Assembly: GCF_009914755.1 (NCBI RefSeq) | Contig: NC_060931.1 | Strand: one strand, 5' to 3' | Source: the human T2T-CHM13v2.0 reference genome, Homo sapiens | Length of the DNA stretch: 64,000 bases | Part shown: in pieces, positions 19,028-36,576 of the stretch | How the letters are laid out: each line of letters starts with the position of its first letter | Position numbering within the stretch: position 1 is the first letter of the stretch | Program-made: the position numbers and the translations under genes | Notes under the pieces: generated by a model | Told to the model about the DNA's origin: nothing | Database searches by the model: none | Seen by the model: the letters and a program-made list of their open reading frames with translations, nothing else

Positions 19028-19325
19028 TCTTTTTTATTTTTATTTTTGAGACAGGGTCTTGCTCTGTTGCCCGGGCTGTATTGCAATGGTGCGATCATGG
19101 CTCACAGCAGCCTTGACTTCCTGGGCTCAAGTGATCCTCCCACCTCAGCCTCCAAGTAGGGACTACAGGTGTGCACCACCACACTTGGCTAAATTTTTTA
19201 TTTTTTGTAGAGATGGGGTCTCACTCTGCTGTCCAGTCTGATCCTGAACTCCTGAGCTCAAGCAACCCTCTTGCCTTGGCCTTCCGAAGTGCTGGGATTA
19301 CAGGTATGAGCCACCATACCTGGCC
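19028..19325 (-). mobile_element. AluJ-like, tandem with the previous Alu
   Basis: Diverged antisense dimer. Confidence 0.92.
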
Positions 19326-19471
19326 CCTGTTGTCTCTTACTACCTCAGTTCAATTCTATTGTCATTGTTTTGGCTTTATAGCAAATTTAGACATCTATTT
19401 TCATAAACCCTATAGTATTCTTCATTTTTAATTTTTTTTGCTCATTGTTTCCTGTGTATTATTTTGGATAA

Positions 19472-19550
19472 TTTTTTTTTTTTTGAGACAGAGTTTTGCT
19501 CTTGTTGCCCAGGCTGGAGTGCAGTGGCATAATCTCAGCTCACTGCAACT
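19472..19550 (-). mobile_element. Short Alu 3'-end fragment (about 80 bp)
   Basis: Poly-T followed by gagacagagttttgctcttgttgcccaggctggagtgcagtggc...cactgcaac. Confidence 0.9.
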
Positions 19551-20876
19551 TTTGGAGAAAATTTTGAGGGAAAATGTCAAGTAAACAACAGTTTATCAGA
19601 TTTTGATTGGCATTGATTTAAATATAAAAATTAAATTGATTAGAGTTGATCTGTTCATCATAGTTGAGTCTTCCCTTCCAGGAGCATAGCACTAGTGAAC
19701 CCTCATAATAGCAAGTTTTGTAGATTTCTTCGTATACATTGTATACCTGTCTTAGTGTCTGTGTCTAGATATTTTACATCTTTTGGGTGCTGTAGTGGGT
19801 AGAATCTTTGCCCCTTGTGTAGCACGAGCGTATATAATCTAAGCATGGTAATTGCTTATATTAGATATGCAATTACCATGCTTATATTGTATTACTATGC
19901 TTGTATTATATATATGTCATAACTGGCCACATCACCAAAATCATTTGTTACTTCTGGGTAGTTGAAATTCACATGTCTTGAGCTGCTGTATTATATAACC
20001 TTCTTTAATTTTATTTAGTTTTTTCAATTATTACTTTAAATCCAGTTAATACTTTTTGTCTTGAATACTACAATATTTATTTGTTTATTTGATATTACTT
20101 TAGTTCTTTGTATAACTTTGACCATAAATGAAGGCAATAGGGAGACACTATTTGCTCCCTTCTACTTTTTTCTTCCTTCAGCTTCCAGATTTGTTGTATA
20201 TTTGATGTTTTTATCTCAGTTACTACCTCAGCCACTATTTTTAACTCATATATCTTTTCTTTCAATAATTATTATACCATTTTATATTATTTTATTTTAG
20301 CAGCTATTTTGGATATAATTCTGAGATCGAGTAGTGGCAATATTTATTCCCATTTCTTTCATAGCACTTGCATATTCATGAGTTTTTTTGTCTTACCTAA
20401 CTTCTTTGTGGTAGGAATATGCCTCCAACCTTTTATTATTTCTCTAGGAGGCATAGGTGGCATATTTTGTAAGTCCTTACGTATCTGAAGATATCATTCT
20501 GTTGTGTTTACAAGTGAATGAAAATTTGTCTGGATATAGAATTCTTGGTAAGCATCTTTCCCCATTGAAAAGCTGTAATTTTATTCCATACACAATATTG
20601 TGAAGTGATCTAGGCCAATCTGACTTTTAAGTCTTTTTTAAGGACTATGTCTTTATCTACAAAAAAAATATTAATCAGGATTGTCTAGGTTTAATGAATT
20701 ACACCTTATATAAGGTGAATCTTTTTGGTCAGCCCAAAAAGGGTTAGATTTAGTTAGATTTTTATTCATCTTGGTAATTTTGTTACAGAAAACGTCTGAT
20801 TAAGCTAAAAAAATATAGAGTGGGAAAAATGGCTCTTCTCACTTTTCTCTAACACACTGTCATAAGCCAATGAATT

Positions 20877-21174
20877 GGCTGGGCGCGGTGGCTCATGCCT
20901 GTAATCCCAGCACTTTAGGAGGCTGAGGTGGGAGGATCACTTGAGGTCAGGAGTTCAAGACCAACCTGGCCAACATGGTGAAACCCCATCCCTACTAAAA
21001 ATCCAAAAATTAGTTGATCATGGTGGCACATACCTGTAATCCCAGCTACTTAGGAGGCTGAGGCAAGAGCATCGCTTGAGCCTGGGCAGCGGAGGCTGCA
21101 GTGAGCCGAGATCGTGCCACTGTGCTCCAGCTTGGGCGATAGAGTGAGACTGTGTCTCAAAACAAACAAACAAA
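20877..21174 (+). mobile_element. AluS, full length
   Basis: Perfect 13-bp TSD AAGCCAATGAATT at 20864 and 21175; (AAAC)n tail. Confidence 0.97.
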
Positions 21175-21209
21175 AAGCCAATGAATTATACATTTGAGGA
21201 AAGAACAAA

Positions 21210-21705
21210 TTAAAAAGTCCTGCTGTTTGCTGCAGGATAGGTGGAACTGGAGGTCATTATGTTAAATGAAATAAGCCAAATAGAGAAAGACAAGTAGTGG
21301 ATGTCCTCATTGACATGCGGAAGTTAAAAAATTGCATCTTAAGAAGATAGAAGTAGATTGGTGGTTGCCAGAGGCCAGGAAAGGTAGCAGGGAGAGGGGG
21401 GACAAACAATGATTTATTAATGGGTACAACTATACAGTTAGATAGAAGAAGTTAAGACCTGATTTCCAACAGATCCGTTGGTTGACTATAGTTAACAATA
21501 ATCTATTGTACATTTCAAAATAGCTAGACAGGATTAATTTGAATGATCCTACCATACAGTAGATACATATTTAAGGTGGTGGATATCCCAATTGCCCTGA
21601 TTTGATCTTTATACATTACATGAACATATCAAATTTACATATGCAGCCCCCAAATATGTACATCTATTATGACTCAATAAAAAAAGTAAATTATTCAAAA
21701 AAGGA
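21210..21705 (+). mobile_element. L1MA 3' end
   Basis: ggaactggaggtcattatgttaaatgaaataagcca...agaaagacaa...gtacatttcaaaatagctag...ccctgatttgatc...tcaataaaaaaa. Confidence 0.85.
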
Positions 21706-23149
21706 AAAGAACATAATTTTTTGATGGTGGTGGACAAAAACGAGGCAGGGCATTTTTTCCTGCCTCCTTTAGGCCCACGCCATCCACTTTTCCCACCCCT
21801 GTTTAAGCGCTCAAATGTTCTTTCTTCGGCTGGGCATTCTTGATGGCAAATATGATGTAAATGACTTCTTGTTCAAAGGTGGAAGTCAGAGGCTGCCAGG
21901 GTGGTTTCCTATTCAATCATGCCTTGTGTAGTGTTCCCAATCCACAAAATCTTGTCCATTAGACCAGAGACTGCACTGCTTGTCCAAGTCCTCACAGTGG
22001 TCACTTCAGAAGCCACTCACTGTTCATGCACTTCTTTTCTCATAACTCTCACTCACAAATAGACTGCTTGTTTCTTATTGGTGCATCTCCTTAACTTGTT
22101 AGGAAGACAAACTTTAACTAGGAACTAACATTTCTTGGTAGCCAAAATGTGCTGTCCAATACAAATTCCTGTTATTGCTAGGAGGAATTATGGTTTGTAA
22201 AATTAGCTGATGCTTTTTCTCCTTTCTTCATCTTTTCAAGATAAGATAAACAACAACTACTACAAGCTATAGCTTTAAGGAAAGTTTCTTACGCAATATT
22301 TTGTTTTGTCGAATTTGTTTAGATTTCTTCTTTATTAAAATACATTATTTATATATTGAATCTCCATTTTATGTCTCCCATAATTCTTATCAGTTTTGGG
22401 GGGCATTTTGATATGTTCCTCCCATTTTTCATCAATCTTGCCTGGATTGATTTTCTGCAATGTTGGTTCTGACCTTTACAAGTTTTATTGTAATTTTAGA
22501 CTGTATTAAGGCATTCTTCTCTCCTTACTTTGTTTTAATGGTTCTGCTAATTTTCTTTTTGTTTGTTTTTTCTTAGCTCATCTTTACTTTCTCTGTTTGG
22601 AGGGTCCAGAGAGTTTTCTTTAATATATGAGAGGATAAATAAATGCTTTCTAAAATTTACCTGTTTTCTGCCATATTTATGTTAAAAGTATGCTCTTTAC
22701 CTCTTACATTTTATATTTATTCCCTTTTGTAGGGCATAATATCTTCATGGTTATTATTGTATCTTCTTATCTTTTTCATTGTTAAATGAAAAAAGATTTA
22801 TTCCGATCTTGTATTTGCCCAAAAATAACATGGATGGTTTGTTTCTGTATCTCCTCAATATTCTCTTGTACAGTAGTATTCTCCCTTCACATCTAACATT
22901 GAATGGCTGATTAGTGTAAATTTATATTAGTGACCAAGCAATTTGGAGAAGGTGGAGACATGGGACATCTAGGCTGGAAGATTTCCTTTCTGGTTGGTTT
23001 ACTCTCTGTACATGGGGAAACTGCTGATCCATGGGCCAGCTTTCCACAGCTAGTTTCTTTTCCTCCCGGCATCTCCTCAAGAATACTGCTTGGCTGTGTC
23101 TGGCCTCCTTCCTGGAGCTCCTGCCTGCTGTTTCAGGCAAGAACCCTAC

Positions 23150-23680
23150 TTCAATGGGGAAAGTCAGATTCCTAAGTCACTTCATCCACCAAAATAAACT
23201 CCAGATGGATTAAAGATTTAAATGTTAAAAAAATCAAACTTTGCATGTACTTTAAGAAAATAGAGGAAAACATTTATATACTATTTGGGCAGGAATGTAC
23301 ATTTTAAATGCAATACAAGGGAAAATTAAATTACTGATAGGTTTAACTATTTATTTCTCACAACATCTGTATGTGAGAAAGCTCACTCCACATACAGTAT
23401 TATACAGTAAATAGAAATATTTATAATGTAATTTGATGGCCAAAGATTGAGTCTTTATGTATAATGAATTTTTACAAATTAATAAGGGAAGCAGGAAAAT
23501 CCTAATTGTAAAACAAGCAACATTGATGTGATCCATAAAAAGAATGCACAAATGGCTAGTGACAACATAAAAAAAACTTACAATCTCATTAGCAATCAAA
23601 TAAATGTAAATAAAAGCAATGAATTACAGTTTTCTTTATTACATTGATAAATGGGAAGAAAAGATAATAATACTAGTTCA
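23150..23680 (+). mobile_element. Old L1M ORF2 C-terminal fragment
   Basis: aaaataaactccagatggattaaagatttaaatgt ([12 protein letters not shown]) and downstream L1 motifs. Confidence 0.7.
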
Positions 23681-23923
23681 GGACTTGGGAAAGTGTCTTT
23701 CCATGACTGCATTCTTTTTTTTTATAGCTGCATACTATTTCATGGGTTGGATGTAACTTGGTTAATTTCCCTATTGGTGGACAATATATTATTTCTCTGT
23801 TATTTGCTATTACTATAAATACTGCACTAAACATTATTTTATATGTGAATAACATATGGCTTTTAAATCTACAAAATAGATTATCAGGAATGAGATTGCT
23901 ATCACTAAGGAAAGAAAGAACTA

Positions 23924-24256
23924 CACTAGTCCCCACTTATCTGCAGTTTTGCTTTCTATGGTTTTACATACCCACAAGCAAATGTGGTCTGAATATACTA
24001 AATGGAAAATTCATTAGATTTAAATTGCATGTTTCTGTGAGTAGCAAATCTTGTGATACTCTCCTTTTTCCCACCCAGGATGTGAATTATTCCTTTGTCG
24101 AACATATCCATGCTGTATATGCTACTCAATTGCCATAGCCATCTAGGTTTTCAGGTCAAATAAACATAGTATATATAGGGCTCAGTGCTGTTTGCGGTTT
24201 CAGGCATTCGCTGGGGGTCTTGGAACATGTCCTAAGCAGATGAGGGGGGACTACTC
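23924..24256. mobile_element. MER44A-like (Tigger7-derived) MITE
   Basis: TIRs cactagtccccacttatctgc ... gcagatgaggggggactact; internal caggcattcgctgggggtcttggaac. Confidence 0.85.
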
Positions 24257-24485
24257 TGATTGCTAGACTTATTTCCAAAAATAGCAGTCATTCACATTTT
24301 TAACAACAATGTATCAAAGTGCCCCTGCCCTACATCTAATTTTCTATAATAATGGGTATTGTCACATTAAAAAAAAATTCGGCCATGTTGGCTGGGCGTG
24401 GTGGTTCATGCCTGTAATCCCAGCACTTTGGGAGGCCAGGGCGGGCAGACCACTTGAGATCAGGAGTTCGAGACCAGCCTTGTCA

Positions 24486-24826
<341 letters not shown>

Positions 24827-24878
<52 letters not shown>

Positions 24879-24886
24879 ACTATCTA
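24827..24886. repeat. (TCTA)13 tetranucleotide STR in the Alu tail
   Basis: Read directly. Confidence 0.97.
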
Positions 24887-24932
24887 TATAAAATTAGCGG
24901 GGCGTGGTGGCAGGCCCCTGTAATCCCAGCTA

Positions 24933-27700
<2,768 letters not shown>

Positions 27701-30058
27701 ATTATTTAACTTTTATATTATATGTTATGCAGCATAGAAAAACAATACATGTGATAAATATTATATATTTCACACGAGTCAAAGCTTCATGTGATGTCAG
27801 CTGCCTTCAGACAGATGTGTATGGTTTTTTGAACACAGCCCTAAATTTTTACACATCTTTTGATATTTAAACAGGATAAATTCTTTTTTTGTTAGGTTTT
27901 TGAATATTACATCTCTGTGAAATAGTTTCTTTTTCTTAGCTTTAAAAGAGCTGCACTAATTGTTCAATAGACACTATGTCAGCAGTCATTGTGTTCCTGA
28001 TTGTTTGATTGCAAGGAGTCCCTCAGTAAAAGGAGGTTTACTGTAAGGATTCAGATGGGAAATCTCAGGAATGATGTCTTTTCTAGGAATGGGTCTACCT
28101 GCCCTCTGCTTCTCCTTGGTTGGGTGATAAAATCTGCCCTTGCAGCTACTCAGTGGAATTTTTGCCCCTTCATTATTTTGGGTTGCATGGATTGTTGCCT
28201 TGCCATGTTCCTGATTCACCCTCACTGCACATTTTTATTACCAGCTTTACATTTAAATGGCTGAGTCTTTCCTTTTCCCAATACCAAGTATTTGGGAGAA
28301 TAATGAGTTTGTACCAGCTCAAATTTTAGTCAGGCACAGGCTAACTGGCTGGCCTGCAGATGAGCAGACATTGATCAGGTCCCTCTGTCTTAGCCCCTAC
28401 CAGCTGCAACAAGAGGGAGTCATGTGATAGAGGAGTAGGCCACTTGGGCTGCAGGGGTTCTCAGCAGGCCCATTACAAGCGGGGTGTGGCCTGGACAGGC
28501 AGTGACAGCTTCTCCCCTGTAATCCACTGGTTACCATGAGGGTCTTTAAATGAAGAGAATCATCTTTTCAGTTTCAAAACAGAGGAAATGACATTTTTCC
28601 TCTGCCCTGTCAGTGTTGGGCAGCTTAATTCTAGGATAGTGAAAATAAGTAAAAATGCCATATTAAGCACTATAATTCATAAACTGTAACGTACTTGTAA
28701 CCAGCATTTTAATATTCATCAAGGTCTTGAAATGATGCATTCTTCTTTTCTTTACTCTCTGCCTACGGTAGAGTGCTGTACATGTATTTGGAAATTGTGA
28801 TGGCATTAAATATAGCTTTAAAGAAGAAATTCGCTATAAAGTATGTTAAATGAGTTTTTTGTCTTAATGAGATGCAGCAGAATAATAAAAATATGTGCTC
28901 ATTTATGGGGCGGTGAATTCCTGTTGCATGGAACAAAAGGCAAAGTTCATGTTTACATATTGTAAATGGATCTTGTAAATGGGTAGTTCTTCATGGGTTT
29001 CATTGATTGAATTTCCTTGGCTGATGACAGAGGTACCAAAAACTAGTGCAATGAGAGATCTGATACCAGGAATTCAATTTTTTTCTTGTTCTTAATTAAC
29101 CACATCCACTTCTATATATTACTGGCCAACTCTAAGCCTAGACAAAATCCCCAATATACTCATGAATCACTTGATTCATTACTGAAAAGGGAAAAAATAA
29201 TTTTGGCTTGAATTGGAAGGAAATGAAGGAGAGTTCTAATTATTACTCAGTAAAAAGCTACTTTCCTCATTTATTTATTTCTTTATTATTTCTGGCTACA
29301 AAGCTGTACAAAGTTCAGTCTGCAGTTTGGGTAGCTCCCTCTCCATATTTTCTTCTTCTTTGGTATCTGTGGGAGGAAATGATGAATCCGTTCAAGAGCG
29401 TGCTCATCTCTTTGTGAAGTTGTAGCTCAGGTCCACTGTTGAGGTCCACTGCTAAGAGGCATTGTTTGGAGGGAAGAGGGGATGAGATCCCAGAGATAGT
29501 GGGGGAAAACCTGGTTCTATTCATTGACTTGGAGTGTTATCTCTGACACGTAGCCTAACCTGCTTCTTTGTTTTGTCTGCAGTATCACAAGAATGGTTAA
29601 TAAAAAGAAAAAAACTTTATTATTCAGTGCTTCTGTCATGTGAAACACTGTGCTAAGCAGCTTGCATGTATTGTCTCCTATACATTTTGCAGAAGTACTG
29701 TGAGGTACCATGGATGATATGTAGCTGGCAAGTTACAGAAACAGGAACCTGGGCTCCAAACCATGTGCTTTTTCTCCCTGTGACTGGTTATAGTTTCAGG
29801 AGGGAAAACAGAAAATCTGAATCAGCACTTACTGTGTGGTAAGTGTTGTAGTTGAGATACTGCAGGCTGCTGTGTGAGTACCTGGGTGAGAGAGAAGAGG
29901 AGAACCTTAGGAGTATCAGCAGCTGGGTGATTTTTGAAGTGTGAGAATGAGTTGATAAAGGAAGAAAGTGTCAAAGGCACATTGGGGTATGTTGCTGTTA
30001 CTAGCTGCAGTGAAAGTGTCTTGAGAGTGGCAGTGGGAAAGGAAGGTATGTGAAATAG

Positions 30059-30553
<495 letters not shown>

Positions 30554-30570
30554 TAAGCTGTACCCCAGGA

Positions 30571-30623
30571 TACACACACAGACACACACACACACATGCA
30601 CACACCCACACACTATATATATA
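30571..30623. repeat. Imperfect (CA)n(TA)n microsatellite
   Basis: Read directly. Confidence 0.9.
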
Positions 30624-31309
30624 CTTTCTTGAAGCTGGAAGCAGAGCATTGATAAGGTCTCTTCTCTGTTCACCAAGTTTGTAGAGCCTTTCTATGGTTT
30701 ATTGATTAAAGCCCACTTTCTTTATCATGGAAGCTATTAAGGTTCCACCCCACTTTTCCAACTGTGTTTCCAATATTTCCCTCGACCTACCCTGTATTTT
30801 TATCCAATCCACTTGTTCCTGTTCCCATCCTGTGCCTTTATTTACATAGTTCTCTCATGGAATTCCTGGGGTTCTTTACCTTGCCACATATTTGGATCTG
30901 CAAAGTCTACCTTGTCAGGCCTAGTGAGAACTGTGACGGCTGCTTCTTAACCCACTAGTGAGACCGTTGGCACCCTTCAGAGGTCTTGAGCTACTGCTTT
31001 TTCAGTTCTGGGGACTTTCCTAGCCTCTACCTTCTACTTTCCACTTTTACTCATCTAGTTTTCCAAGTCTCCATGTTGTTGTCAAGTTCCTGGAGATCTG
31101 TTGCTGGGGTTTGTGTTGTTTTCTCCTCAATACCCCACCTCTTGCCTCATTAGCATTTGCACTGAGAGGACTCAGGACCAGTGGCTCCTGACTCCTGCGT
31201 CCTGGACAGGCTCCTGGATACTTTATCATAATCCAAGCTCAGCATCCCTTTTGACTTCCAATTTTCAAGGATGATTGGTCTGAATTCCATGAGCTTCTTG
31301 ATTTATTTT

Positions 31310-31555
31310 GCCATTTATCCCTTCAACAAATGTTTATTAATTACCTACTTTGTGTCAGACTCTGGAGGCATAGTGGTGAGTCATACAGTGGGCATGGCCC
31401 CTACTTTTTGTTAAACATATCTATGGAAAGAGAGCAATTTACAACCATCTAAATAAATGTAAGACTGGTAGAGAGTGTATGATGCCATGACTGCTTACCA
31501 GTGGGAGATGGTACCTAACTAAGTGGTAAAAAAATGCTTCCTTGAGAAGTCTCCA
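31310..31555 (-). mobile_element. L2 3' end
   Basis: ttcaacaaatgtttattaattacctactttgtgtcagac. Confidence 0.65.
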
Positions 31556-32739
31556 GCGCTGATACTTGTAATCACTCTTAGGACTGTGTACTCACTGATA
31601 CTTGTCACCTAGTAAGACTGTGCACTAACTTTGAGCTGTGGTTCATCCACTGCAGGTCCTTCTGAACAGTTCTCAGAGATCTCCGACCTTCTAGCTTTGG
31701 GCCATTTACCTTGCCCCAACTCTTTCCCTTAGGTGTTAAGACATTAGTGATGTTTTGGTGATCCGGTGTCTAACATTTTCCCTCTAATGTCTACCACTTA
31801 ATGTCATTTGTCCTCAGATCAAGTCCAGGCCTACATGTTTCACGGGACTGTTTGTACCTTTTTTTTTTTTTTTAATCTCCAAAATCTCGTGGAACACAAT
31901 TAAGGTGGATTTAAAGGCTTCTAAATCAGTCTTAAATTTGTAATATAAGCTAACTGCAATGTGGTGGGGGTGGGGTGGAATTCTGTTGTGTGGTCCTGTG
32001 TTTATATGTTGGCAGTATTTTGTCAGTATTTAGAATAGGGTGTAATTAAATTTTCAATAAAGCAATTATTTATTGACTAGCATTTTTGAGTTGTTGGTAT
32101 TGAGGCAATCACTGCTAAAAGTTACCATATATATTATTTCATTTAATCCTATGGAAAATCTCAACATGTCTTCCATGGAATCTTGTATAAAAATTTTCTT
32201 GGTCGTTTTACAATTTGGCCAATGCCTTCTCATCCAGCCTCATTTCCCACTATCTTTCATCCTTTTGTCTGGCATTGTATATGCCACATTTGCAAATGTC
32301 TTTTTTCTTTACTTAGAATGCATTCTTTTCTCTTCACATCAGAATCCTAAACTTGTAGTTTTTACTCTTTCCAGGACATTTCAGTCAATCTGTATACAAT
32401 GTAACCTTTGGTGTTGTCCTTAAATAAAGTAGGCACTCAATGAATATTTGTTGAATTAAACATCAGGTGTCTTGGGTAGATTTGTTAATTTATCACATTT
32501 AAACTAAGCAGATGTTTTGTAATAGCCATGTAATTACTGTGATTTGAGATGATTTGCTACTCTTTATCCTTGCCATTTTAGAGAATTAACCAGTTGTCCA
32601 AAAAAAAAAAAACCACCAACTCCCTAAAACATATAATCACTAAGAATCTCTACTACTTCATTCTTCATTTTGAGAAATGTTCCATGATTTAATAATACTT
32701 ATATTATCTTTAAATAAAGCAAGTTTCAGAAAAACTAAT

Positions 32740-32940
32740 TTAAGTGCTACTTGCTCATAGATGCTGAATGTTATGAATGAATGGATCCTATGAGATAGGT
32801 TCTACATAATTTTATTATCAGTTTCAAAATGAGATGCCTGAGGCACAGAGAGGTTAAATAGCTTGCCTGGGTGACAGAAACTATCAGTTGGCAGAACTGA
32901 CAGCTTTACCTATGTGGCTTCAACTTCTGGCCTATATTCC
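32740..32940 (-). mobile_element. MIR
   Basis: cctatgagatagg...ctgaggcacagagaggttaaatagcttgcc. Confidence 0.75.
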
Positions 32941-34304
32941 CATCTCTGCTAACAGTTATCAGAGGTATAATTTTAAATGGAGTCTCATTTCTTATTTAAT
33001 TTCATTATTACTTTTAGGAACCCACCCTTTTAGGAATAGCTGGACTTCCAAATACTGTGATTAGTGTCTGTGGAAAGATATTAATGTTACTGCTGATGCA
33101 TGTCATATTCACTAAGAAAGTACATGTCAAACTGTCTGAAATCATAGACTATTTTATAGGAAGAGATGTGACTAAATTTATTTGGCAATAAATTCCCAGA
33201 ATATATTTATCAATTTAAGTAACCAAAAGCTATTATATAACTTTGCTTTACAGTACCTGTTCCTCAACATAATTTTTAAAAATCTTTTTCCAAATGGTCA
33301 GCCGTTGCTTTCCATTTCTTTTCACTTAAAAAAAATTTTTACTAAGAACACACTTGCCAGATTTCACTTAATTGCATTTTTATGGTCCAGTCATTAACCT
33401 ACTGAAAAAAAAGTAGCTTAAATGGAAACATTGACATAAACCTCATTACACTGGCTCCAATGTGTTGCTATCATAAACTATCCATCTTCTATATGTGTAT
33501 GTTTTCACAGGATACTATTGAAAAGGTAATGGAAAATTAATGTTGCAATGGAGAATTTGATTCTGTGTATAAATTTTTTAAACACACCAACACAGTGTAT
33601 GTTTACAACATCAAGGGGTTTATTTGGAATTAAGGTTTATCATAAACTTTATGATATTTAAAACACATTACAACTGGCCATATATTATTTCAGGTCCCTG
33701 TTTTCAAGTTTTTCTAATTTTTTTGACAAAATATTTGTTATGTGTCTCTCTTTGGACTGGTAACAGACAACTGATAATCATTTTCAATAAGAAAAAAAAA
33801 GTTTTAGGATCTTAAAGTGGTCAATCTATCATACTTTCCCCTGTAAATTATTTTTTGGCATTTACATTTTAAGGCATACTCTGCCGTGGTTGGATAGTTC
33901 CTCAAATGTTAAAAACAGTCGAGTCCAAGATAATCAGTTAAAATCATTTAAATAAGCACTATTGTTATTACTAGCCTCACTGTTTTCAGCACAGGGGCTT
34001 ATGTAGTTTTCATAAAGAAAGGGAGCAAGGTATAGAATGAAGAATTGAGATGGTGACAAAAGTATTGGAGTATGTCAGCGCCTGGAAGGCCATTTCTTTT
34101 TGCACATACTTGATATGTGTGTAGGTGTGTGGAGAGCAGTAGAAGAATTTCATGATTTATTTGAAATTCTATAAGCACTGCCTGAATAATCTAAGAATCC
34201 TAGGTATCTATTTGTGAAACATGAGAATAAATGAGTACTTTTCTTCTGGATCTTGAGGTTCTATCAGATTTTAGGTGATTTGGAGGTAGGGGTTTGTGAG
34301 CATT

Positions 34305-34725
34305 AATCTTTTTAAGCTGTGTAACTCTGGACAAGTCACTTTACTTCTATATGTTTCAGTTTCCATACCTATAATAATTCGTAGCCGATGAAGTTGCCAC
34401 GGGGCTCAAATCGGTTATCAGGTAATAATGATTTAATAAATTTAACTACTATTATTATTTAAATAGTGAGTAGATTTATTTTAAATTGTTTTGGAGGCAA
34501 AATGGCAGAGCAGAGTTTGACAGACTTAGGTTCTCATCCTGGTTTCTTATTTAACAGTTGTTCAACTAAGCTACCATTCTTTCTGAGGATTGGTTTTTTT
34601 ATGAGGAAAGTGTGATAATTATACATATTTTGTAGACTTATTGAAGAATAAGATTATGTATGTAAATTGCCAAGCATAGAGTCAGACCCAATGGTAGGTA
34701 CTCAATGAATGGGAGCTATTGTAAT
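34305..34725 (+). mobile_element. Two MIR fragments
   Basis: gctgtgtaactctggacaagtcactttacttct...tcagtttcc; atgtatgtaaattgccaagcatagagtc. Confidence 0.6.
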
Positions 34726-35599
34726 TATTTACAAAAAACACAGTAATAGAGTGGGTACGTAAGGACCCCATGTCTTTATAAAATAGCATTACTTTACCCA
34801 ACAACATAAAGAAAAAAGTCAGTGTTCTCAGAAACTCATGTAGTTGAACATTTCTCTCAGCCAAAAGAAATATATTACAGTGTAAGTGGTTGTAAATGCT
34901 ATGTTCTATTTATACATGATGAAGGTGTTGTGAACTGTGGAGCCACAGTTTAAATATTGTGTGTGTGTGAGGGCCTTCTTGTTTCTTACCTTATAAAATG
35001 TCCTCATTTTAAATGTCTCTAAGTGCATGTAAACATGGCCCCAAACACTCATAATAAAATAAGCAAGATCTTCCATTCCAGACCATTTTCTTTATTTTTT
35101 TACTGTTTTATTACAATCCTCCTATCAGGATCTCATGTTTGATCGTGAAATCACAGAATTTTATAGCTGGAAGGGACTTGTCTAACACCCTAAATTTATA
35201 GGTAAAAAAACTGCCACCTGACCAATTTAAGTGATTTGCTCAAGGCCATATAGTAAGTTAGTGTCGGAATCCTGATCTCTTGTCTTCAACTCCATAACAT
35301 TTTGGGAAGAGAAATGAAAACCTGTTTCAGACACAATTAAGCTTTTTTGTTTTTTTAAAACTTATGAGAGGCGGTGCTGGGGTCTACAAAGTGACTCTCA
35401 GCTTTCTGCTGAAAGGAAAGATTGGTGGGGAGCCTTAGTTGTGGGGATCCTTACCTGGTAACAGAGACTGCCCTTGTGGAATTACCTAGATGGAGCCATA
35501 CGCCATTGATAATGGATATTGTGATCTCAGGTATGTTCACATAACAATTATCCAAGGATATCAGGTTAAACCAGAAAGGCAGTATCTGGTGGGGTTCCA

Positions 35600-35830
35600 A
35601 GTAGTGGGATAGCAGATTCAAAGTCAGACAAGCAATTGCACCTTAGTTCCAGGGAAGCCTTGTTAATGAATGCTTGGGGAAGTTGCTTATCTTTCAGCGC
35701 TTCTGTTTCCTCAACAGTAAATTTATAATAATACATATATCTTATGGTTGTGCTGATGATCATGCAAAGTAATTGATAAAATGAATTTATTATAATGTCT
35801 GGCACATATCTTAATCACTTAATAACTTAA
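35600..35830 (+). mobile_element. MIR
   Basis: ttggggaagttgcttatctttcagcgcttctgtttcctcaacagtaaa...gtctggcacat. Confidence 0.65.
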
Positions 35831-36269
35831 AGCTACCACTATAATTCCAGGTGATCAGTCTCTTCACAGTAAGAGACTTGTTACAGGGAGATAAGCTCTA
35901 TTCCTTGAGAAAGGACTGAGAGAAGTTACTCGGTATTCAGAGTCCAAGCTCAGTCACCCACAATTTAGGATAACATTTTAGTCCAAACAAGTCTTGGGGG
36001 TACTTACTGGAGAAACTGAGGCAGAAACCTCTCCCATGAAGGAACCAACAAGGTAGATAATTGGTTTGATTATAGCACGGAGACTGTTATGATTTATGGT
36101 ATATGCGTGTCAGCTGGATATATCTCAGACTTACCAGGCTCTAAGACAAATTTCAGTGACCCTATCCTGATTAGATTCAACATTCACCAGTGGGCTTTCA
36201 TTCTGGAATCTTTTAGAAAGATGACTTATTCTCTATGTCCTCAAGTAATTAAAAACTACTTCCAGGAAG

Positions 36270-36483
36270 AGAAGCTACATAGAGGCTGATTTTAATTTAA
36301 AATAAAGCACCTCTTCAGATGAGCAGAAATATCCGTTTAAGAACTTGGTTACTTTGGATGGTATTGACTTTTACATCACCGAAGGTGTTTCCATAGATGG
36401 AAGACAGCCACACTGTGGGGATTCTGGAATTAGATTTCAGGCCCTTAAGGTTTTATAATACTACAGAATCTCTGGGTTTATGA
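36270..36483 (+). mobile_element. L3/CR1 3' fragment
   Basis: aagctacatagaggctgatttt...catcaccgaaggtgttt...cccttaaggt resembles the L3 3' end. Confidence 0.45.
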
Positions 36484-36576
36484 TAAGTGAAAGTTTATGG
36501 AAATAGTTGGGGACAAAGTATGAGTAGAAGGTACAGAAGTAGAAAAGAATATATATATTTTAAGAATGGCACATTT

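Noticed and set aside
35400-35540. Possible cryptic exon ending at CAG|GTATGT (about 35530)
   Set aside because: Good donor, but no convincing acceptor or recognisable peptide; such sites are common in long introns.
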